DNA of 64,000 nt, from NCBI RefSeq assembly GCF_006345805.1, contig NC_043006.1, forward strand, positions 90,396,001 to 90,460,000, read 5' to 3'. Shown in pieces: positions 53,732-64,000 of this stretch. Made by a program: the position numbers and the translations under genes. Positions within the stretch are counted from its first letter, which is position 1; the number at the start of each line of letters is the position of its first letter. The stretch is from Octopus sinensis (lineage: Eukaryota). Below the pieces are notes generated by a model. The model searched no databases and had not been told where the DNA came from. It saw only the letters and a program-made list of their open reading frames with translations.

Positions 53732-54809
53732 ATATATTTATATATTTATATATATATATATTTATATATATTTTTTTTATTTGCAATGTCAAAATATATA
53801 TATATATTTATTTATATATATAAAATATTATTATTATTATTATTTACTTGGTTATAAAATAATTTATCTATAAGAACATTCAAAGATTCTGATATTCGAC
53901 AGGAATATGGCAGTGAAAGTGATGCTAATCTTTTAAGCTAGAATTATTGAAGTAAACTTCATAATGGTAATGCTAAAAGAGATAAATAGCTCAAACTAAG
54001 GTTAGCAAAGACATCACAAGATAATCTTTAAGTAAATAATTTTTTCATTTTTCTATGAGAAAGGATATTAAGAAAGAAAGATAATTGCATTCTATTATGA
54101 AACGTATACAGTGCTAAATGTGGCAGGAAGTAAAATTAGAGAAAATTAGAAAGATAAAACAGGAGGAATGGGTTGAAAAGTAGGTTTACGATAATCTTTA
54201 CATTCAATTTTACTCACAAAACTGTTTTAAAAGCTCATACTAATTCACTTCTAGAAAGCAGTCAGATGGCTGAAACAACACACCACTAAATGATAATGAT
54301 AATGGTCTCATATTTTAGCTCAAAACCAACAATTTCAAGGTATTGAGTAAGTGAATCAAGCTCAGCGCTCAACCAGTACTTATTTTATTGACCCCTAAAG
54401 GATGACAGGTAAAGTTGATCTCAGCAGAGTTTGAACTTAGAATGTTAAAACAAATGAAATACTGCTAAGCATTTTGCCTGACATACAAACGATTCTGTCA
54501 GCTTACCACTTCCAGCAATAATAATAATTAGCTGGACCCATGAAAAATTCACAGAAAACAAAAAATGTAAGCATCTGCAGTGTACCAGTGCCTGAGAAAT
54601 GTTTGCATATTATGACCGTCTGTCTTTACGCTCTGAGTTCATATTCTGCCGAGGTCGCCTTTACCTTTCGTCCTGGGGAGGGGGGCGATCTAATCAACTG
54701 GCCCCCTTCCCACAAAAAATCTTTTATGAGATTAATTCCAAAATTGATTCAATATAGAAATAACGAACTTTTTAAAAAAATTCTATTGGTTGGCTTTCCT
54801 CGATTTCAG

Positions 54810-54831
54810 CTCTTCGTGTTTTCTGTAGCAG
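54810..54831 (+). CDS. Candidate 22-nt exon LFVFSVA
   Basis: ctttcctcgatttcag acceptor, CAG|GTAAAT donor. Confidence 0.2.
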
Positions 54832-55199
54832 GTAAATAATATGTGGAAATTGACGATTTAAGTCTGTTATCAGCATATTGGCATAGAAATAATTTTCTTT
54901 AGCCCTTATTTATAATTTGTTTATAATTTCAACCTTAAAGGTATTTTAATATGCTGCCACATTTTTTGATGGAATTTTTTTCTGTAAAAAACTTCAATGC
55001 ATTTATATATATATACATATATATATTTGTGAAAGAGTACAACAAACACCAAGGCATGCCAAGCATCTCAAATCATGTATATTCATCATCATCATATTAT
55101 CTTATATTATTCTTAGATTAGTTGTGGTCTTACAGCTATTTCTGGGATATCCCATGTGATAGGTGAATATGCCTAAATATGGGGGTATTCTATTATTAG

Positions 55200-55264
55200 A
55201 GACAAGTAGAGAACATATGAAAGATCTAGACATGGAAAATTTGCAGATAATAGAAGAACAGAAA
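55200..55264 (+). CDS. Candidate exon (E)TSREHMKDLDMENLQIIEEQK
   Basis: TTAG acceptor, AAA|GTAAGA donor, purine-rich coiled-coil-like open frame. Confidence 0.35.
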
Positions 55265-55560
55265 GTAAGAAATAAGGAAATAAAGTTCAGTGTGAACTTT
55301 GAACAAACACACACACATAGTCACACAAACCCATACACAGAGACACTGTTATATGGCACCATAGTTTATAATCCTGTAAATAATAAAAAATGGTATTTTT
55401 ATATGTTTAAAGATTATGGCAATCACCATGCAGTTACAGGATTGTAAAATACAGTGCCGTATAACAAAACCATTTGCACTGAAAGCATACTGAAAGTTTG
55501 TTTACATAAAAACAAATACAAACTAATTTGGTTCTTAAATTTGACAGAAGGAGGGAGGCT

Positions 55561-55628
55561 GGTTCGCTGGTGTAAAGGTAACACAGTTGTGTTAACAAAG
55601 GGACGTGGATTCGAGTCCCATGTGGATA
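55561..55628 (+). pseudogene. tRNA-like (Gln-like) pseudogene or SINE head
   Basis: GGTTCGCTGGTGTAAAGG resembles the tRNA-Gln 5' end; B box GGATTCGAGTCC; anticodon arm not formed. Confidence 0.4.
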
Positions 55629-56372
55629 GGAAAGCCTTTTTTCTGTTGAGGCCTTATATGCTCCTTTATTAGACCATTTTCCTTAAATTAGTTGAGGTCT
55701 TACAGCTATTTCTGGGATATCCCACGTGATAGGTGAATATGCCTAAATATGGGGGTATTCTATCCCATGTGGATAGGAAAGCCTTTTTTCTGTTGAGGCC
55801 TTATATGCTCCCTTATTAGACCATTTTCCTTAAATTAGTTGAAGTCTTACAGCTATTTGTCCATTTGGCTATCATTCTGTCTCAATCAATATGTATGTAT
55901 GCATGTGTGTGCGCATGCGTATGTGTGTACATATCTGTATGTTTGATTATTTGTACGTAGGGTTCTATACTAAGTCTATTATTTATATTTGAAACCAGGG
56001 AGTGCCAATCAGTCCGTATATGCACATGGATGCCGGCCGTCCATGTATCTGTATGCTAAACTGTAAACCTACTCTGAACTTATATCTGTTTCCCTACAAA
56101 ACACCCTCTCCACTCCTTCCTATGAAAAACATCAGTTTCTCGTTATGTTATGATCAAGTTTGTGATTAGATTCTCTTCTTATCGAAACAGAATTAACCTT
56201 GTAAACACAACCAATTAAAACACACACACAAACACACACTTTCCTAAAGCATAAAGTATTTTCTTTTGTATCAGTAAGCCTTGTTGTTATAAACAAACAC
56301 ACACACACACGCATACATATGAGACAAAAAAAGAATGCACTTTGTCTTTGTTTTTCTTCTGATGCTCCAAAG

Positions 56373-56415
56373 ATAACAGACTGCACACCATTCACTTGCA
56401 ACGTCTATGGAATTG
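56373..56415 (+). CDS. Candidate exon ITDCTPFTCNVYGI
   Basis: Long pyrimidine tract + AAG acceptor, weak GTAGTC donor. Confidence 0.2.
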
Positions 56416-57564
56416 GTAGTCTTATAGAACATAATGCAATAATCAATCCTCAAATTACTGAATCTATGCCCCACCTCTCCTGCCTTCATTTACATATAAA
56501 ACAGCAAATGAAGAGAAATCTTTTTTTCTTCTTGTTTTTGTTTTGATTCTCATTTAAAATAATCAAAAAATTCATTTTCTATTTCATTATCAAAAGAATT
56601 TTGATTCCATTTGGTACAACATCTAAAGTTATTTGATATAAAAAGTACTTTAAAGAATGAATACAAAAAAAAAATGTTATCTTGTATTTGAGGATACAGA
56701 TTTTAAATTCTTCATGGCATGAGAAAAATGTTGCAGTCTCATAACTTGAGATATTATTTTATAAATAATTCATTTTAATGTAATAATATTCCTGTAGTCT
56801 TTTCTTTTCATTTCATTTATTTATTTATGGTAAAGAATGTCATATTTTGAAGTCATTTGATTCCAATCACAGATATACAAAACCTCTGCTACTTTCAGGA
56901 AACTTGAAAAACGATGTTATATATTTTAATTTTGTATTTAAATATTCTAATTCATTTAAATATAAATGTTATTATTGGGAGAGATAAAGACAAGTCTAGG
57001 AAAAGTGTTGAAAGTCAACCAAGTTCTGTTGTGAACCTTATGACATGTGAATAACTGAAGTGGAGGAATTTTTCAAAAACCAGACAAAAAAGGCAACAGA
57101 AATAAAAGTTAGGTACAATGATAAAATGAGACAAAGATGAATGGATATATCATAAACAGCTGAGTGGAAAGTATAAAACCCATAGAATGAATGGTTGAAT
57201 TTGGGGACAAATTGTTTTCTACACACCACATTATTTGGTCTTTTATATAGTCTCTGATTTATTTGGTATAAAAAGACTTCTATTTGTCACTCAAGTGAAA
57301 GAACAATCAAACAAAAATTATTTTTCCACAGAATATGATGACAAAAGTAAAGAATGGCAACATAAGAAGGGATAGGAACAAAAATGTAACATCTCAGGAT
57401 TTTCCTAAAGACTACAATAAAATATAGACTAAATAAAAAACATATAAGGCCAAATATTCCACCATTTTTATCCATCCATTCATTTTCTCTGCCCACTATT
57501 TCTGAGAGAGTGGTTGGGGTGGAGTTCTTAAGATGCTCTTTCATAGGATCCTTTCAGAACAACT

Positions 57565-57650
57565 TTCCAGTTAAATTTCCAGGCATGACCAACCAAGACT
57601 ATGGATATTATCCAACCATTTTGGTCTGCGCCTAGGTCTCTCCTGCCAGT
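57565..57650 (-). mobile_element. RTE C-terminal remnant joined to the mariner relic
   Basis: ERPRRRPKWLDNIHSLGWSCLEI resembles GRPRTRWLD. Confidence 0.55.
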
Positions 57651-58814
57651 GCTTGAATCCCATTAGGGTAGAAGCTTTCATCCTGTTGGTCAAAAAAGTC
57701 ACCATCAGCAGACATGATTTGATCATCACTGCAATGATGGTTTCCAGCCACATGTTTTTTCCTGTTGGGGAACAGATGAGAGTCAGATGGGACCAAATCA
57801 GGAGAATAGGGAGGCTGATCAACCAGTTCAAAGCCACAGTAATGCATAATGTCCATTGAAACCAAGGACTTGTGTGCTGGAGATGAAACAAGACTCCTTT
57901 CATCAGTTTTCTTCACCATTTGGTCTTGGTGGTTTTTCATAACTGCTTCAGCAAGTTGGCATAGTTCTCTTCCATTGATGGTGTGGCCCATTTAAAGATA
58001 GGCAATAAACACAATGTCTTTTGCAACCCCAAAATCTGAGACCATCACTTTCCCTTCATTTAAAACAATGTTGGCCTTCTTTAGAGCAAGTGAGGAGGGG
58101 TGCCTCCATTGCATGAGGTGTCTCTTTGTCTCTGGGTGAAAGTGATGAAAAGTGATGAACCCAACACTCATCCTGGCTCAGGAAATGTTAAAAAAAAATT
58201 GCTGGATCTGCCTCTAACAATGTCGGATTTCTCCTGTGATGTGATCAGCCTAGTGTGCTTTTGACCAAATGTCAGAAGATGTGGCACCCACCAAGCAGGA
58301 AACTTTGTCATGCCAAATTCATTGCGCAGAATATTCTCAACTCTCTCTCACAGGATATGCTAATAGCATTGGTTATTTAATTTATAATCAATTGCTTGTC
58401 ATTCGTCACCATGCGGTGAACACAATCAATGTTTTCTTGGTGGTGGCAGTTGTAGGATGTCCAGAACTTGGGCTATCTTCAAGACATCTAATAACTTCAG
58501 CTGCCCACTTTTACACTGTTGATAAAGCTGGAGCATCATCTCCTACCAAAGCAACTATGTCAGCATGAATGACCTTGGGGGCTAAACTCTTTCTGCAAGT
58601 ACTTGATAACACCATGAGGCCACATTTTCTCCATTTTGAAGAGGAGTCACTACTAGTTACTTTTGAAGTCGTCTTTGAACAGTCAGATGTCAGTTTACCT
58701 GGAAAGAAAGAATGCAATTATTAATAAGAAGAGTTGAAATTAATGCATGCAGGATTTCACAGCTCTGCCACCACTCTTCCTTAGTCAGTTGATGAACTTT
58801 TCAACCCACCCTCA
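57650..58814 (-). mobile_element. Hsmar2-like (irritans-type) mariner relic, 3'-truncated
   Basis: 5' TIR tgagggtgggttgaaaagttc with TA at 58815-58816; MEKMWPHGVIKYLQK, GDDAPALSTV, WVPHLL, GHTING, HKSLVSM..CGFELVDQPPYSPDLVPSD, FFDQQDESFYPNGIQAL. Confidence 0.9.
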
Positions 58815-59835
58815 TATATGTTTTGCAGATCTACCTTGTTGCATAGTGCACTGGGTATGTAGTCTACCAAGAGATTTGATCAGCCTGCTGGGGAGTATTC
58901 TTGGGAGGGGGGGATTCTCACATAAAATAATAAAGGAATTCATCAATCCATAGTGGATGCAAAAGATCCCAGAGTAATGCAAAGGAGACAACAAGTATGA
59001 GTTTCTTATAAGTTACCTCCCATATTCTGTATATTTATTCAGTCCATACAATCTTGTGTTACTTTTTGCATTCCGATCCAATAGGGAGGTGAGTACCAAC
59101 TATATGGAGGTTTGATAATTGTTAAATGATTGTTCCTTACATGAAACAATTGGTAGCTTTGTTAACCCACAAATAACAAAAATATCATATATATGTGTGT
59201 GTGTGTGTGCGTTAATAGATGACTTTGTTAAAAGCTAGAGTTCCTCAGGAGAGGAAGCAGATGAACCTTGCTTTCAACTGGTAATATTCTCAATTATGAC
59301 TAAGTTAGTCTACATCATCAGTATTAAGAAAACCGTTAGTAAAATTCCAGATGAAATATTTCACAACTTAGACAGAGATTACTTGAAAAGTTCACTTCTT
59401 TGTAAAGACATTGCATAGTTTTGTATTTTATTTGTGGTGAGTTTCATTCTTTTGATAAATCAAAACAAAAGCAAGAGCGATTCTACTAAAAGTAATTTAT
59501 TTATTTAATCACTGATAAATCCATCGGGTGTTTCTAATTAGTTGTGTCTTCTTCATAATGAAAATTATCAATTTCCTAATATACTTGGGATTCACATAAT
59601 ATCATCTCTCATGCACAGACCTACATAACACTTTCTTCTCTTACCGTTTATTATCTAGTATGCATCACTTTATTGGTCAGTTTTCAACATACATCACATA
59701 AGTAAACATAAATTGCGACCTACTTAATTATATATACCATAACTTAAGAAAAAACAACACAAAACTTCAAGGCAGTAAATAATGTGCTCCATATAAAAAT
59801 ATATGTGTATGTGTGTTCGTCTCTGAATATATATA

Positions 59836-59893
<58 letters not shown>

Positions 59894-61249
59894 ATATATA
59901 TAGAAAGAGAGAGAGAGAGAGAGAGATGGATGGATGGAAGGATGTACGTGTATATCTTGATAATACTAAAATTCTAGAGATGTTTGTGTGTACCTGAAAT
60001 ATCTCAGAAATAGTATATTTTATCTTAAGTTTTTTTTACATATTTATTTTCATATTTATCTTTGGCAGTCCAGTACAAATTTTTGATATTTGGGACTCTA
60101 TTTATTAAGGAAAGTGATTAAACATAATTGTTTGTTTGTTATTTCTTGACAGAAGAAAAATATTTCTGTCGTGATGTCAACACACATACAAAATACGCAC
60201 ACATATAATAAATGTAATGGCATGTCAATCAACACAAACACATGCCTGCTATCTGTGACATACACACACATAGTCTTTATGCGCTCCAAAAAAATTTTAA
60301 AAAACATTGACTGTTTCACGTACACAATATTTTAATCATTTAAAAATATTTTTAACTGAATGTGATTTCAAAAATGTAAACTTTTTGTACAGTAAATATT
60401 TATATTTTAGCTTTCTTTAAACAGTCAATATTTTAATGTTTTTTAAAATTATTTTCAAGTGAATGGCAATCTTTTGCTTATCATCTGGAGTTCGTTAATT
60501 TCTATAAAAAAATTTTATTTATTTACTTTTGTTTTAAAGTGAAAGAGAGGAGAAAGTGAAAGAGAGAGAGAGAAGAGAGGGAGAAAAAGAGGGAGAGTGA
60601 GTGAAGAGGTGTGTTGTCATGTATATGTACATACATCAATACATATCTTTTCTATGTACACATGCATATGTCTGAGAGTGAGAGAGAGTGGGTAAATGTG
60701 TGTGTCCTCATGTATGTGTAAGTGGCACTCTCTCTCTCTTTCTCTCAAACACACATACATCCGTTTCATATACACATTCATACATCTTTCACTTTAAAAC
60801 AAAAGTAAATAAATAAAAAGATTTTACAGAAATTAGCAAACAAAATCAGCTGATCCGGATGACAGTTCTGAGAGTCAAAGCAAAAGATCGTCCCAAAAGA
60901 ATACCATCACAATAAATGTTTCAAGTGCATTCAACATATTCCACCTCCAAAGAGTTGGCTGCTATTTCTAGCATGCCATGCTACCGTGTAACAGATATTT
61001 GCAATAAAGGACTCAAAATACCTGTTACGCGGTAGTATGGCGTGCAAGAAATAGCAGCCAAATCTTTCCTTTTCTGGGGAAATGAGCCATTTATGCATGA
61101 TTTTGATGTCATATTCCTTGAAGGCATGCAAAATAACCCCGAAAAGGAAGAAAAAACCCACAAACCAAAACTCTGTTGCTGGAAAACTCAGACCTTCTAG
61201 ATGACCCAACGGGTAACAAGTAGTCTAGTATGTATATATATATATATAT

Positions 61250-61668
61250 CATCATCATCATCATTTAACGTCTGTTTTCCATGCTCACATGGGTTGGACG
61301 GTTCGACCGTGGTCTGATAAGCCATGGAGGCTGCACCAGGCTCCAGTCTGATTTAGCAGTGTTTCTACAGCTGGATGCCCTTCCTAATGCCAACCACTCC
61401 ATGAGTGTAGTGGGTGTTTTTTATGTGCCACCGGGACAGGGGCCAGAGCAGGCTGGCAAACGACCACAATCAGTTGGTGCTTTTACGTGTCGCCGACATG
61501 GTCGCCAGTTAGGCGACGCTAGTATCTGCCACGTTTGGACGGTGCTTTTTATGTGTCACCAGCAAGGGTGTCTTAACTACAATTTCCGTCTGAATTTTTA
61601 TTTTGATGTTGATGTACTTGACTCAACAGGTCTCCTCAAGAACAGCGGGTCACTCTACGATCCAAGGT
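61250..61668 (-). mobile_element. RTE 3' UTR fragment with (ATG)n tail
   Basis: Matches 40737-41150. Confidence 0.9.
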
Positions 61669-62353
61669 TAACACAGCAGGCTGTCCTGCAAAGAATAAGA
61701 TACTTAAAGGTAAGTCAACTGGTTAGGTCAGAATAAAATGCATTCACAGCAATTATAGACGAATATCAACACTGGTACAGATGTACTGGCAGAGAGATAT
61801 TCAGGTTATGTATGCCATTAATAGAACCTAACTGAGTGTATCATTAGCTCTTGAGCTATTCAGAAGCGGTAAGAGTCAATTGTGGAATCACCAAAATATG
61901 TATGTAGCATGAATTAAAAAATTTTTTTAAATGTCCTTCATTTTTAATATCCTTGATTCATGTATTCATCTGATGGATATAGTTTTTTTAGAATGATATA
62001 ATGTACTTGTGGATCAATTAAATAATTTGTTAGAAATGGCTGTAATGAATTGACACCTATCCATCAATTGTTATTTATATACATACATATATATATATAC
62101 ATCATCATCGTTTAATGTCCGTTTTCCATGCTAGCATGGGTTGGACACTTCAACCGGGGTCTGGGAAGCCAGGGAACTTCTTTTTCTCCTGTAGCCATTC
62201 TTGACCCCAGGGCTTTGTCCTGCATGAAAAATTCAGAATAAAGGTTCAAATTCTTTTCAGTCCTACAAAATATTTTCTATACTAAGCATATCAAGTTCTA
62301 ACTTATTGTTTGTATGTCTGTATGTGTGTGTGTATGTATATATAAATATATAT

Positions 62354-62400
<47 letters not shown>

Positions 62401-63439
62401 AAGTGAAAGCTAGATATGCTCATTATAGAGAGAACATCTTTTTACTCTTTTACTAGTTTCAGCTTGAGTCCTGCAGCCATGCTGGAGCACTGCTGTCAGT
62501 TTTGCTGCACTTTCATTACAAATCTCTTCTGACAAGTGACATTTGGCGAACAAAGGAGTTTGATGTTGAAGCCCCACTTCTGTTTCCTACCACAAGGTAG
62601 GTTCATCTGGAAATTTTGCATGTAGGTTTCTCAGGATTTTTGGAAGAATAATTAAGAGGTGTGGACCCCTGAAACCCAAACTGTTGCAGTATCTAATTCT
62701 GTATCTTGATCGCAATGCTGGGATCCTTGACACTATGCAGTGGTGCACCATGTATATATGTTATACTGCCTTATTAATCCCTGCTTATTAATCCTGCCTT
62801 ATTAATCCCTGCTTTCATGGATCAGATGAGGCAGATTTTGCTTAAGCTGGATGCTCTTGCTGTCACCAACCTTGTGTTAATTACTACCATTCATCAAAAG
62901 TGTAAAATATGTTTCTTCAGGTGAGTATTTTAAATAAATCCCTCATTAGTTCAGACTGTCATTTCATTCTGTATGAGGATGGATGCTCAAAGCAGAGGGG
63001 GAGCATGTTACCCAAATTTTATTTAACTATATATAGAAAGCTAAGAATTTAGTCGAGAATCAGGATCATCTTTTGAAGCCAAAGGGTGAAACTGGCTGAA
63101 ATATATCTATAACGCTGTATATCATCATCATCATCAGCATCATTTAACATCTGTTGTCCATGCTGGCATGGGTTGGATGGTTTGACCGGGGCTGGCAAAT
63201 ATATATTGACATCTATAAACACACCAGCATATTAAGCCTGTTTTTCTTGCTGGGTTGGACAGGTCTCAGTGTTTCACCATTAGTCACATACATCTCTCAT
63301 CAAGCAGACACTGCCACAGAGCAAACCGACAGGCTTCGTTACCTGTACAAGTTTGGTTCCAATGTGTGCGGGAAATAAAAGATATTACTTCTATGATGGT
63401 GACACTTGTTGCAGAGCTATCATGCACTGCTGAGATGAG

Positions 63440-63630
63440 GAGACACAAACACACACACATATGCTTATATGTAAAACAGGCTTCCATCAGTTTCCATCTA
63501 GCAGACCCTCTTATGGGCTTTGGTTGGTCAAGAAGCTACAACAGAAGACACATGCCCAAGGTTTTATACAGTGGGACTGAACTTAAAACCACATGGTTGA
63601 GAAGTGAAAATCACACAACCATGTCTGTGC
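63440..63630 (-). mobile_element. SINE family A, degraded head
   Basis: cagtttccatcta...cagtgggactgaac...accacatggtt. Confidence 0.75.
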
Positions 63631-63753
63631 CAATATGCTATATACATACAATCCCATATACAAATACATACACATTCACACATACATATCTAGAGTGTAC
63701 ATATGTTCATATATATATACACACACAAACACATATATGAAGTATATTTTTTA

Positions 63754-63792
<39 letters not shown>

Positions 63793-63794
<2 letters not shown>

Positions 63795-64000
63795 TACTCG
63801 AAGCCTTTGATGAAATAGAAGGGGATATAGCTTCACTTAATGTGGAAGACAACTGGAGATTTCTACGGGACAATCTGCTGATAGCCACTGACCAGATCTG
63901 TGGATGGAGCAAAGTCCTATCTCGACCCAGGGTAACGTGGTGGTGGAACAATGTGGTTGACAGGGCTATTAGACAAAAGAAACAGGCTTGGAGGGACTGG
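63793..64000 (+). mobile_element. 5'-truncated RTE ORF2, running off the window end
   Basis: Open frame LLEAFDEIEGDIASLNVEDNWRFLRDNLL...TWWWNNVVDRAIRQKKQAWRDW starting directly after (TA)n. Confidence 0.9.

Noticed and set aside
53874-54000. Exon-like segment TFKDSDIRQEYGSESD
   Set aside because: Three in-frame stops and phase incompatible with neighbouring candidates
1-64000. CRISPR arrays, rRNA or intact tRNA genes, prokaryotic operons
   Set aside because: None seen; tRNA-like motifs are SINE heads or decayed, and repeats are eukaryotic interspersed or simple repeats

Overview
AT-rich, repeat-dense eukaryotic DNA. The SINE, RTE-LINE and (TA)n/(CA)n inventory matches an octopod cephalopod, most likely Octopus (inference from pattern recognition). 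No complete host gene is visible, and most entries in the ORF track are microsatellite or repeat read-through. Recognisable content: two abundant tRNA-headed SINE families; many RTE-clade LINE fragments, one with a PHD-like finger after the RT; an R4/Dong-like LINE with a (TAA)n tail; four Tc1/mariner relics (one near-complete DD34D, one Hsmar2-like, two DD37D/maT-like); a Penelope-like (PLE) RT fragment; and a 100-N scaffold gap at 42605-42704. The most unusual elements are (i) two copies of a composite tRNA-head + (TAA)n + PLE-terminus element carrying a minimal hammerhead ribozyme, i.e. an apparently Penelope-mobilised SINE, (ii) a motif-complete hammerhead enclosed in an 84-bp inverted repeat, and (iii) a 1.4-kb ORF1-only Tx1/L1-like retroelement with TSD inserted in a SINE. 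There are also two locally templated insertions, long RNA-hairpin candidates, and weak candidate + strand exons, one in-phase chain being broken only by a single UAG. All exon calls are low confidence.
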